Source of the DNA: a virus
Taxonomy: Duplodnaviria; Heunggongvirae; Uroviricota; Caudoviricetes
Strand: one strand, 5' to 3'
Virus record (IMG/VR): IMGVR_UViG_2579779076_000011
DNA: 45,626 nt
This document shows, piece after piece, positions 8,335 to 18,364 of this stretch. Position 1 is the stretch's first letter. Every line of letters starts with the position of its first letter. Both the position numbers and the translations under genes were made by a program. Under the pieces are notes generated by a model that saw nothing but the letters and a program-made list of their open reading frames with translations, did not search any database and was not told the DNA's origin.

Positions 8335-8745
8335 ATGACCACCATTTCAGGCAAATTAGAGTACCCGTCGGACAAAGGACACATAGACGACGGTAAAAAC
8401 TATCTCGACGTCATTTTGTGGAATATGAACGCCGGGCCACGTGCGCGCACTCGTGCGGTTTTTGTACTAAGACCCAAAGCAGGCAATTTTTCAACACCAG
8501 CTCAGCCTGCCCGTCAGGCATCCGTAGCCGCAGCGCCAGCAGTGAAACGTAAGGGCAAAACGCACACCGGGATCGCGATTCGCAGAAATGGTGAGCGGCA
8601 AGTGAAACTCCACGAAACAGCGACAACCTGGTGTGCCTCACCGCATGAAACTTACGACAAGATAACCGGACAGCGCATTGGTGCGCCTGGTCGCTGTCGC
8701 CTGCTGCTGAGTTCCATCACTCCGATAGCAAAGAAAGGGGCGTGA
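8335..8745 (+). CDS. hypothetical protein (136 aa)
   Basis: ORF preceded by the conserved TGACCAGCGT..GAGGAAAGACCAATG start context; no motif recognised. Confidence 0.5.
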   Translation: MTTISGKLEYPSDKGHIDDGKNYLDVILWNMNAGPRARTRAVFVLRPKAGNFSTPAQPARQASVAAAPAVKRKGKTHTGIAIRRNGERQVKLHETATTWCASPHETYDKITGQRIGAPGRCRLLLSSITPIAKKGA

Positions 8746-8746
8746 T

Positions 8747-8983
8747 ATGGCCGGGCAATCAGATTACCTGCCGCCCGGCTTACCACACAACCGCGCCAAA
8801 TGGCCTCTGGAATACCAACTTAAAGAGCACTACGACATGCGAGCGGCGACGCTGATCCGCCAGCTCTTTGATAAGCGTATTCCGAGGGGAAGCGTGATTG
8901 AGCAAATCGGAATGACGCCGGATACGTACCGGGAATTTTTCAGAGAGCGTCTGAACTACTGGAGAGGGGTGATGGAGCAATGA
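8747..8983 (+). CDS. hypothetical protein (78 aa)
   Basis: Tightly packed small early ORF; start 2 nt after the upstream stop. Confidence 0.45.
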   Translation: MAGQSDYLPPGLPHNRAKWPLEYQLKEHYDMRAATLIRQLFDKRIPRGSVIEQIGMTPDTYREFFRERLNYWRGVMEQ

Positions 8984-9291
8984 AATACAAACGGTGGGTG
9001 CGTGCGGAAGTCGTAATCATCAAACAATGTGCAGGCAGCATGACAGTTGAAAGTATAGGGCAGCTTATTGGCAGAACCGCTGCGTCGGTACGCACAAAAG
9101 CGCGCGAGCTGAAAATCTGTATGTATCTGCGGGGTAATTATCACCAGTCAGCGAAATACCTACAGGAAGATGTCGAGCTGGCAAGGGAATTACATCAGTC
9201 GGGTATTAATCGCCAGGATATCGCGGAAAAACTCGAAATGCCGATCGGAGCGGTGAATCAGTTTGTTTATTTTGAGCGGAGGATTTCATGA
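8980..9291 (+). CDS. hypothetical protein (103 aa), possible HTH
   Basis: ATGA-type overlap with the upstream ORF; two HTH-like stretches; no confident family. Confidence 0.45.
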   Translation: MKYKRWVRAEVVIIKQCAGSMTVESIGQLIGRTAASVRTKARELKICMYLRGNYHQSAKYLQEDVELARELHQSGINRQDIAEKLEMPIGAVNQFVYFERRIS

Positions 9292-9512
9292 AAGAGCTTT
9301 TTCTTGCATTTGTGCCCCGGTTTATTAATGACCAGATCGCACTGACTGATAATGGTGAACAATATGAAATTGCCTGCAGCATGGTGGATGTGAATCCGGG
9401 CGAACGGTATGACGCGATGTGTGATCTGAAAATATTTACCTGGCTGGGTTGGGCCATTCCGTGTGGAGAACCAACCAATATTCGCCCGTTTGAGAGCAGG
9501 GAGGCTGTATGA
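9288..9512 (+). CDS. hypothetical protein (74 aa)
   Basis: ATGA-type overlap with the upstream ORF. Confidence 0.4.
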   Translation: MKELFLAFVPRFINDQIALTDNGEQYEIACSMVDVNPGERYDAMCDLKIFTWLGWAIPCGEPTNIRPFESREAV

Positions 9513-9625
9513 GTGAATTGAAAATACGTCGCAAGGCAATAGCACGCGTTAAAAATCCATTACCAGTGCCCGCCGAATGCCATTTTTGTGGTGGGAATGT
9601 ACGGATTGGTACGTATGTATGGTGA
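9509..9625 (+). CDS. possible small protein (38 aa) with CxxC pair
   Basis: Not in the ORF track (under 60 aa). ATG 9509 overlaps the upstream stop; translation MSELKIRRKAIARVKNPLPVPAECHFCGGNVRIGTYVW. Confidence 0.25.
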   Translation: MSELKIRRKAIARVKNPLPVPAECHFCGGNVRIGTYVW

Positions 9626-9699
9626 TTGCGGAGTGACGTAAAACGAATCTTTGTGGGTGTAATATCGTCAATATCATTGGTTTTCCGGAGGGAAAGGAC

Positions 9700-9921
9700 A
9701 TGTTTGGCGATAAACTGGAGTTACCACGGAACGGGCGGATAGTGCTCTATATTTCAGATTACAAAGTAACCAGGGCTGAGGTGTTGGAACCGGAAAAACA
9801 TCTGGTCACGTTACCGGACATTATTGAGTTGTATAAGCGGGTCGGATATGTGGACTTGCATCGCGATGATGTTCCCGTTGAGTGTATGGAATGTGAACAC
9901 CGGAGGTTTGAAGTTGATTGA
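9700..9921 (+). CDS. hypothetical protein (73 aa)
   Basis: Intact ORF with SD GGAGGGAAAGG before ATG. Confidence 0.45.
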   Translation: MFGDKLELPRNGRIVLYISDYKVTRAEVLEPEKHLVTLPDIIELYKRVGYVDLHRDDVPVECMECEHRRFEVD

Positions 9922-10011
9922 ATTGACTTAGAAAAAGCCCGGGGCTATAGTTTCCGCGCAGCCGCAAAATCGGTTGCCGGGATTGGCGTCCCGGATATCT
10001 AAGTGACGCAT

Positions 10012-10033
10012 AGCCGCGTTAGCGGTTTTTTTA
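10012..10033 (+). terminator. intrinsic terminator-like hairpin with T-run
   Basis: CCGC-GTTA-GCGG stem-loop followed by TTTTTTT, downstream of the early small-gene cluster. Confidence 0.4.
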
Positions 10034-10193
10034 TGTGTTAGGCACGGCCACATTCGCATTATGGTGGGCTGTGTGGGGGCTTCTGCGGAAGCGCCGGGTT
10101 CACTTAGCCGGTTACGCCAACCCTGCACAGTTCACCACCAGATGATTGGCGTCGCTGGTGGTGATGAAAAAAACACTAAGTGAGGCCACTGCG

Positions 10194-10982
10194 ATGACAA
10201 TCCAAATATCTGCGGAATCCCTTTCTCCGCTACATCATAACCAACTTCCCGTCATCACTACTGAATTGCTTGCCAGTTTGTATGGCACGGAAGTAAATGG
10301 TATCCAGCAAAACTTCAAGCGCAACATCGCCAGATTTGTCGTAGGAAAGCATTTTTTTAAGCTGGAAGGTAATGAATTACGCGACTTCAAAAACAGACTG
10401 ACAGATAGTCAGTCAGTTGCTAAACATACCCGATCCCTCATTCTCTGGACAGAACGCGGCGCAGCTCGCCATGCCAAAATGCTGGAAACAGAACAGGCCT
10501 GGGAAGTTTTCGAAAAGCTGGAAGATTGTTATTTTAGACAGCGTCCAGAGAGGCGGAGTACAACTACCGATGACCGTACTCCCTTACGTGATGCCGTTAA
10601 TATGCTGGTCGGTAAGAAAGGCATGATGTATCCCGATGCCTACACCATGATTCATCAACGCTTCGCCGTCTCTCACATAGAACAACTGTCACAGACGCAA
10701 ATGTTAGAGGCGATTGAATACATCCACTGCCTGCTACTCGATGAAAATCAGCCAACCATTCCAGATTTTTCTTTTATCACCACTATCAAAAATGGAAAAG
10801 TGACCAGGATGCGCCATGTTGCCAAAGGCGAACATCTGATGACGTTTGACGCTTTCAAAGAGATCGCTGAGCGGGCAGGGTATCTGGTGATCCACAGCGA
10901 CAACCTGCGAAGTATGACACTGGATAAATTGATGGTAATGGGGAAAAAGTCTGCTGTATCTGTTGCTGATTCAGCATTTTGA
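10194..10982 (+). CDS. ORF6N-domain protein, putative phage antirepressor
   Basis: N-terminal segment LPVITTELLASLYGTEVNGIQQNFKRNIARFVVGKHFFKLEGNELRDFK fits the ORF6N/KilA-N type domain; SD GTGAGG before ATG 10194 (ORF track extends to a TTG at 10146). Confidence 0.6.
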   Translation: MTIQISAESLSPLHHNQLPVITTELLASLYGTEVNGIQQNFKRNIARFVVGKHFFKLEGNELRDFKNRLTDSQSVAKHTRSLILWTERGAARHAKMLETEQAWEVFEKLEDCYFRQRPERRSTTTDDRTPLRDAVNMLVGKKGMMYPDAYTMIHQRFAVSHIEQLSQTQMLEAIEYIHCLLLDENQPTIPDFSFITTIKNGKVTRMRHVAKGEHLMTFDAFKEIAERAGYLVIHSDNLRSMTLDKLMVMGKKSAVSVADSAF

Positions 10983-11159
10983 CAGGTTGAATGTTTGCCG
11001 CGGTTATACTCTATTTGCGCTTAAAAAGGTATTTAGTCACAACCAGCACGAGGCCGAATACTCTGTCAAAGTACCGCCCATGTAAAACTGTAACGTATGT
11101 ACTTGATGACTAAGCTGGCACCAGGTTAACACCAGGCGCCAGCTTGAAGGAAACTTCAG

Positions 11160-12083
11160 TTATTGGTTTCTGAGGAAAGCGATTCTTGAAAGGGTCATTT
11201 GCGTCTGGCAGTCGACCATTTTCTTGACTTCAGCATCTGTTCCCTGCATTGAAACTTTACCGCACATAGCATCCTTAGTTTTGATCCACTGACGCTGAGA
11301 AGGCAGCAACTCTTTTTTCTTCGCCGGCGTTAACCTGCCCCAGACTGTATTCAAATCAGAGTCAGCATTCGCAAATGCCATTCGGGACTGATCAAGGCTT
11401 TCAGCTTTTTGCGGCTGAAGTTGTGCCTGCCTCTCTATTTGCTTCTCCGCCTCATACCTGGCCTGTTCCTGTGCCCTGAGTTGCACCTGTTGTTCCGCTT
11501 CAATTTGACTCTGTTGGGCATCCTTAGCCTGCTGGATTTTCTGCTGCTCAACGATCGGGTTGATAATGGAAAGCGATGTCAGTAAAGCGGCGCCCACTGA
11601 TATCGGATTATCAGAAGAGGTTTTTACAAAAACGTTTTTCTGATCGTCGGTCGCCTGCACGGTGTAGGTGATACGTTTTGAAAAGGCGTTTGCGTTGTTC
11701 TCCAAAAACAGATTTTCCATTTGCTTATCGAGATTACGATTAAAATTCTTTCTGTAAGCATCAGAAAGCTGGACGTACTCGTTCGCAGGTAGAGTCATCG
11801 TCACGGTCCCTTCACAAGTTTTCATTGTGCTGCCCGTGTCACTTGATGTTGTGGAGATTTCAGAGACGGCTAGTTTGATCTTGTCCAGTGTGCTTCGTTT
11901 GGTCTGATTAGTGACATCAGGGTATTTATCGACCTGTTCAGAGAGTCCTTCATAAGCAGATTTTTTTAATAAATCCATGAGAGCTGATTGGGTCATTTCC
12001 GAAGAACAACCGATCTCATCTTTTTTGTTATCACAGCCTGTAAGGGCAATGGCGAGTAAGAGTACTGAGTATTTTAATCTCAT
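11160..12083 (-). CDS. lipoprotein with C-terminal DUF1311/LprI-like (lysozyme-inhibitor-like) domain
   Basis: Signal peptide plus lipobox LTGC; Gln/Ala-rich coiled linker; C-terminal segment resembles the DUF1311 fold. Good SD. Cargo gene. Confidence 0.55.
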   Translation of the reverse strand: MRLKYSVLLLAIALTGCDNKKDEIGCSSEMTQSALMDLLKKSAYEGLSEQVDKYPDVTNQTKRSTLDKIKLAVSEISTTSSDTGSTMKTCEGTVTMTLPANEYVQLSDAYRKNFNRNLDKQMENLFLENNANAFSKRITYTVQATDDQKNVFVKTSSDNPISVGAALLTSLSIINPIVEQQKIQQAKDAQQSQIEAEQQVQLRAQEQARYEAEKQIERQAQLQPQKAESLDQSRMAFANADSDLNTVWGRLTPAKKKELLPSQRQWIKTKDAMCGKVSMQGTDAEVKKMVDCQTQMTLSRIAFLRNQ

Positions 12084-12535
12084 GAATTCCCTTTAGAGTA
12101 AGGATTGGTTTTTAAGACGCGGTCTGTAATCAGTTCCGAGAGCTACAGTAAACAACGCTGAGCACTGAACGCATCACAGGCAAGGTAAAAGGTGATATCG
12201 GCAAAGGCTGTGAAACCTTTAATTCAACAGATGGGAACGGTATGCACAGGATCCTGTAACGACGCTCCCAAAACCGGAAACCTGCAGGGCATGTTTTCGC
12301 TGCTGAACTTAATATACGAACCTGCACTATCATGAACATATTTTATATCGTTATACCCCGAGTGATTGTGCCCGGCAATGGATAGTGTCCTGGAGGAACT
12401 ATTTCTACTGTAAAAGGTAGACATTTAATTTCAGTGTGGAATTATTCCCTGCTGTTAATAACAATGGCTGTATATGGCACCGAGTAGGCATTGATTTTTT
12501 TAAATTCAATTGCGTTATTAATATTACTTCATTTT

Positions 12536-13096
12536 TTATTTTAAAGTACAGCCTGCCCGAAATGCACTGCTAATTTCAACATATTCCGCTCTGGCCGTAC
12601 CTCTAAGTTTCTGAGACTCACGTTCAAAACTCGCCAAATCTTCCTTACATTTTGCCGAAGTAGACTGGAATCCTTTCCCGCACATCTGAAATGTGACTGT
12701 CGGATCCGCAAATCGGGTACGCTGGGCGTAAGCCTGGCAAACAGCGGATGCCCTCGCTTGTTTTTGTCGTGGGCTTAACGGGCGTGCTGGTGTGGCCTGT
12801 TCTGCCCTCTCCATTTTCAGGCGGTAGCAGCTTAAATTACGAGAGGCGATCACCTTTTTAATAGCCTGGGCGCGGCGATAATTTGAATTAAATTCAGGAT
12901 GAGATGATGGATTAAGGTTGAGCAATGGCTCTATATTATCTTCTGCCTGGCAAAGCTGTGAATCGGTGTACTGCGCAAGTTTTGCCGCCTCGATTGCAGC
13001 CGGATCTGGTTGTGAATTTTTTTGGGTATGGCTTACACATCCGGACAGCGTAAATCCAGCGGTCAGTGCTAAGATGATTTTTGATATTCCGTTCAT
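12536..13096 (-). CDS. lipoprotein, unknown function
   Basis: Signal peptide with lipobox LSGC; several Cys; SD AGGAA. Confidence 0.5.
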   Translation of the reverse strand: MNGISKIILALTAGFTLSGCVSHTQKNSQPDPAAIEAAKLAQYTDSQLCQAEDNIEPLLNLNPSSHPEFNSNYRRAQAIKKVIASRNLSCYRLKMERAEQATPARPLSPRQKQARASAVCQAYAQRTRFADPTVTFQMCGKGFQSTSAKCKEDLASFERESQKLRGTARAEYVEISSAFRAGCTLK

Positions 13097-13227
13097 TTTC
13101 TATTCCTGTTTCGATGTTTTGGTGGTGCACTTTCCCCACTCGGATAAGATTATGCATTCGGATTCGAGTGATGAGGCAACGCCATATAGGCGATGGCAGC
13201 CAGCACGATGGTGATTAAAATATTTAA

Positions 13228-14463
13228 TCAGAATTTCCGTTCTTTCCAGCGTTTAACCAACGCGGCCATGTTCAGCGGCCATAATTTAGGCTCAATCACT
13301 TTGCCTTCAAACATCGCGCCGAGCTCAATACCTAGGGCAAAATGTACGGTCATTGTTTCAGGGTTGACGGCCATCAGCTCTGCGTCTAGTAAGTCGTGTA
13401 TCGTTGGAGTCAACAACAGGCCATTATCAGCGCTAAAATTGCCTGAGGTAGCTGGCTCAATGTGCGCCGCTTGCAATCGTTCGCCGTTCTGCCAGCCAGT
13501 CACCGCGCAACGGCCAGCAAAATTATTCCATACCCATTCAACAAACTGCATATGCGCCGTCGTGTCGCGCTGCTCAACGATGCGCTGCGCGGTTCGGGTA
13601 CTGTGGAGTTTGACAGGTTGGCCAAGCGCGGGCGCGGGTTTCTCTTCCTCCACGACGACCACTACTTCCTGCGACATGATGATTCGATCATCGGCTACCA
13701 GTTCCGGAACAACGTCGGCCAGCTTCTCGGCTTCTCGGATGATTTGCTTTTCTTCCTGATCATCCAGGTACCGCTGCACCAGTTCAATGGTCGTGGTGGC
13801 TTCATGCTGGTGTTTGTGGATATAAAGCTCAACATCACGACGCTGGCTGGCTGGAATGTGTTTTGCCAGAAAATCCTGTAGGACGCGATTATCCAGCTTT
13901 GTCGTAACTTTTGATGTCATGCTCACAGAATCATACCGTTTCGGTGTTTCCATCTGCGTTGATTGCAGGCCTGGTAATTCGGTGTTGATTTGAGCGGAAA
14001 CCTTGCGCGGGATGATTGTCGGCGTAAATGCTGGCGTGCTGGCCTGGGACGTGCCACGGCGACGGGCATTCTCCCAAAGGGCTTCTGTTTCAGGGTTTTT
14101 GCGTGCGCCTGGCTTTTGCATAGGCATAGTGCGAATCAGCGCTTCCCAGCCCATATTGACCTTCTGTTTGGCCTCGCGGCGTTTATCGGCCAGCGTAGGT
14201 TTTGATGGTCGTTTTTTGGAGAGCGCTTTCTCTGGTTTTAATTTGATGCCGCGCGATAAACCATTTATCAGTGTTGGATGCACTGATAAGGCTTTGGCCA
14301 ATTGCAAACCGTTTAAATTGCTGCCATCTGTATAAGCGTACATAAACAAATCCGCCCAGCCATCATGTTGAGGGGTCATACCCACGCTGGTTAAGGCTGC
14401 GCGAATCTCTTTTTTGCGAGCTTTGTCCAAGTTAAATTTTGGGGTTTTATTTCGCTTAGTCAT
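13228..14463 (-). CDS. HNH-type nuclease domain protein (C-terminal HNH), N-terminal basic low-complexity region
   Basis: C-terminal GRCAVTGW..AAHI..NGLLLTPTIHDLLD fits an HNH-like motif; N-terminal ~250 aa Lys/Arg-rich with no recognised domain. Confidence 0.55.
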   Translation of the reverse strand: MTKRNKTPKFNLDKARKKEIRAALTSVGMTPQHDGWADLFMYAYTDGSNLNGLQLAKALSVHPTLINGLSRGIKLKPEKALSKKRPSKPTLADKRREAKQKVNMGWEALIRTMPMQKPGARKNPETEALWENARRRGTSQASTPAFTPTIIPRKVSAQINTELPGLQSTQMETPKRYDSVSMTSKVTTKLDNRVLQDFLAKHIPASQRRDVELYIHKHQHEATTTIELVQRYLDDQEEKQIIREAEKLADVVPELVADDRIIMSQEVVVVVEEEKPAPALGQPVKLHSTRTAQRIVEQRDTTAHMQFVEWVWNNFAGRCAVTGWQNGERLQAAHIEPATSGNFSADNGLLLTPTIHDLLDAELMAVNPETMTVHFALGIELGAMFEGKVIEPKLWPLNMAALVKRWKERKF

Positions 14464-14543
14464 TTCAGTTCAGCACACTAATAATGGTAACCATGACCGC
14501 AGCAAACACGATCCCCGAAATATTCATTACTGCCATATATTGG

Positions 14544-15395
<852 letters not shown>

Positions 15396-15464
15396 TCATG
15401 TCAATTGACAACTTATAGTTCCCACTAGTTAGCATTAAGATTTTTACAGTGAGGAATAATCAAT

Positions 15465-15516
15465 GTCCGCTCCTGGCACAGAGTGGACGAACAACTGAAG
15501 ACCCGCTGTGAGCGAG
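15465..15516. repeat. structured repeat copy A (partial): hairpin + AACTGAAG spacer + CCGCTGTGAGCGAG
   Basis: GTCCGCTC-N8-GAGTGGAC stem, then GAACAACTGAAGAC, then CCGCTGTGAGCGAG; shares the core with copies B and C but lacks the distal arm. Confidence 0.45.
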
Positions 15517-15675
15517 AAACAGACATCACAACTCACAAGGATTATACGCAGTTTGTTATCCAAACATACGGGTGCCAAGTGTTATAATCCGGCACTAACA
15601 GCATGATGCTTGGAAGTACATTTAAATGTAAAATGATAGTGTACTCTGACTGAAGCCTGGTAAAAAGGAACTGAT

Positions 15676-17055
15676 ATGTACAACAACCTCTATGCCCTCA
15701 CAGAAAGCCTTTTCTGGGTTGATCGACTTTTAGATCAGGAATATGAAAATATTGGATTGAATGAATTGCTAATTGAGTTAGATGAATATAATAAAAGAAT
15801 AGATTCACTGATTATCGAGCAAGCAAATTCTGTACAGGAGTCTCGGCTAAATGTTTACATGGCGGGAAATCGTAATATTGAAAGGTATAAGAGTGGACTG
15901 TTTTCAATGGACAGAGTCATTCTTGATGATGTTCTGTATTCATTGAGCCTACGATACAGAGTGAGTCTAACAGAAAATGCATTTGAAAAAATTATTGTAA
16001 GCGATAGAAAAGAGAAGGTTGAACATCTCAGGAAGGAAATTGCTAGATTTATCAGGTTTGCTAAAGAAAACTTTGATCTTATCCGTGGTGAGTTTATCGT
16101 TTTTGTACGCAGCGAATCTTCTATTAAAGATTCGGAGAGGGCCAATGGAATTTTAGACGATAACTCTGATGCTAATTTTATATATCGATATCTCCCTCCT
16201 AACATTGCCCGTCTTTATGAAAATAGACTATCCGTAAAGAATATAGAACGTCTAGGTAATACAAATAAAATTCGGTTATTAAACAAAAATGTTTTATCTA
16301 ATGAAATTATGTTGGAAATTAAAGACTGTGAAAGTTTATATACAAATGGATATATGTATCAACATATAAAAAATGCCATTGATAATGATGATGGCTCCAT
16401 ATCTATGGAGCTTGTCATGGGAAATCATAGCGGAAAAAAAAGTTATGAACGGTGGGTGCAGGGAGCAAAAAACCGTACGGTTCTCTTTCATTATAAAAAC
16501 CTTATTACTGACCTTAACCAAGCGCATTCATGTAGAGCATCCCTGGGGGCATATTGCCCGTTTCATGGAGAGATTCTTCGTAAACTTGATCAAAAGAATG
16601 AAGTTCAGAGGGTTAAACTCTCTATAGACGTTCCATTCTTAGAGGGACTGACTCCAAGTGAACTCTACAAAATTAGAACTGACTACGAGCCGAGTTTTAA
16701 TTCTTTCCGCTCTGTACTACGTGAAGCTGCGTATGATATAGAAGCAGAAAGTGATCCATATAAGAGACAACTAATAAATCAACATTTTGTCGAGCGGGTG
16801 TGGGATGAAGGATTGACAGATATTGAGCAAAAAATACAAGCCTATAAGCGGAAGAGTAAAAAAGAACTTTTTCTTAACAGTGTGCCTTCATTGATAGGTT
16901 TTATTGGTGCACCAAATCCAGTGTCGTTGGCTACAGGAGCTTTTACGATTCTAAAAGATGTCTTTAATATTACAAGCCATTCTTCAGAAATAAAGAGCCA
17001 CCCTTCATATTTCCTTCTCATGATGTCAAAAGCCAAAAACAAACCTTATGACTGA
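15676..17055 (+). CDS. hypothetical protein (459 aa), AT-rich orphan cargo gene
   Basis: SD AAGGAA before ATG; Lys/Asn/Ile-rich composition typical of horizontally acquired cargo; no recognisable catalytic motif. Confidence 0.6.
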   Translation: MYNNLYALTESLFWVDRLLDQEYENIGLNELLIELDEYNKRIDSLIIEQANSVQESRLNVYMAGNRNIERYKSGLFSMDRVILDDVLYSLSLRYRVSLTENAFEKIIVSDRKEKVEHLRKEIARFIRFAKENFDLIRGEFIVFVRSESSIKDSERANGILDDNSDANFIYRYLPPNIARLYENRLSVKNIERLGNTNKIRLLNKNVLSNEIMLEIKDCESLYTNGYMYQHIKNAIDNDDGSISMELVMGNHSGKKSYERWVQGAKNRTVLFHYKNLITDLNQAHSCRASLGAYCPFHGEILRKLDQKNEVQRVKLSIDVPFLEGLTPSELYKIRTDYEPSFNSFRSVLREAAYDIEAESDPYKRQLINQHFVERVWDEGLTDIEQKIQAYKRKSKKELFLNSVPSLIGFIGAPNPVSLATGAFTILKDVFNITSHSSEIKSHPSYFLLMMSKAKNKPYD

Positions 17056-17170
17056 GGCAGTAGAAAATAAAGTGAAAATATATTCACTTAAGAAAGATGG
17101 TTCTAAAGGGACATAATTAGATTAACCCAGTGACCTGTTCCCCTTGAATCAACATAGGCTGTTGTTAGCT

Positions 17171-17234
17171 ACTTCCGCTTCTGACACGAAGCGGACAAAA
17201 ACTGAAGGTCCGCTGTGAGCGAGGAGCGGAAGTT
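17171..17234. repeat. structured repeat copy B (complete)
   Basis: ACTTCCGC..CCGCTTC-TGACAC-GAAGCGG..AACTGAAGGT..CCGCT-GTGAGCGAGG-AGCGG-AAGTT; the outer ends ACTTCCGC / GCGGAAGT are also inverted repeats. Confidence 0.5.
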
Positions 17235-17377
17235 GATTTTATTGAGAGTAAAACAGATCTATAGTAAATGGTCTTGTTATGTAGGGGATTTACGATAATT
17301 TTACTACCAAGGTCGTTAAAAATTCATATGAAATATCAACGATAGTGACCTATTTTTCATAAGGCCACTATATGAAT

Positions 17378-18040
17378 CTATTGTTCTATTTTAATTTTAT
17401 TTAACGTTATAGGGGCTGGGTTATAGCTAGGTATATATAATATCTCACTCCCTAGCTTGCGCTCTTTTATATTTACTTCTTTAGCGACAAGGTTACCGTC
17501 ATACAACCTAATAATCACGTAGTCTTTAGATTGATCATGAAAGTAACTAAATTCTTTTTTTAATGACGCTTGTTGTAAACCAATTAAGAAACTAAATGTC
17601 ATTATGGCAATAAGGGGAAGGGTTGCAGACCAAATTAAATAACTTGGATTACGTTTATGATTTTTAACAATTTTGTATATAATATAAGTAACTGTTGCTA
17701 TCGATAAACTTAAAACGAAAAAACCACCATATTCAGTCTTATGTCTATAAGACTGAACAATAAAAACAATCATGATAAAAACTGTAACTGCAGTAACTTT
17801 AACTGCTTTTACTTTACTTTCAGGCCATGGAGTAAAAAACATCAACATAACACAAATTATATTAAAAAATAAATATGACATACCCACGAATAAAAATTTA
17901 GAATCTAACGTTATAAACTCCATAGGATAATCAAAATGATATGCATAGCCATATTCAAATGAAATTGCAGACATATAAGATAGAACAGTTATTGCCAATA
18001 TTAGCAAGGCTTCCTTGCTTTTTATAAAGTCAATTATCAT
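17378..18040 (-). CDS. multi-pass membrane protein, unknown function (AT-rich orphan)
   Basis: Five to six hydrophobic helices in the first ~160 aa, soluble C-terminal ~60 aa; no clear SD (start uncertain). Confidence 0.5.
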   Translation of the reverse strand: MIIDFIKSKEALLILAITVLSYMSAISFEYGYAYHFDYPMEFITLDSKFLFVGMSYLFFNIICVMLMFFTPWPESKVKAVKVTAVTVFIMIVFIVQSYRHKTEYGGFFVLSLSIATVTYIIYKIVKNHKRNPSYLIWSATLPLIAIMTFSFLIGLQQASLKKEFSYFHDQSKDYVIIRLYDGNLVAKEVNIKERKLGSEILYIPSYNPAPITLNKIKIEQ

Positions 18041-18364
18041 GATGTTTGTTTTTTAATGAATAAAATAATCACTTACCAGACAGTTAATCTTCTTAATTGT
18101 CATTGTGTTAAGTGAACCCCGAATTTTTCTCAGTTCTTCTGAAGAAGTCCTCATGTATATGATAACAACCAAAAAAATTTTTTTCACTAATTATACTAAA
18201 ATCCATGAAGAATCAGCAGTGTGAAGCAGGGAGAACCTCTAACAAGAGACGCCGTCATTTTGTAAATTTCCCGGCAAACCAGAACATCTGCTTTTAGACA
18301 TAGGATTCAATGTGCTATTACGGCGAGCTGTTCCCACAGATTGATGGAGATAGATGTTAGCAAT

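Noticed and set aside
13193-14335. Plus-strand ORFs (98-188 aa) inside the HNH-domain gene
   Set aside because: Ser/Thr/Cys-rich low-complexity translations antisense to the longer HNH-containing ORF.
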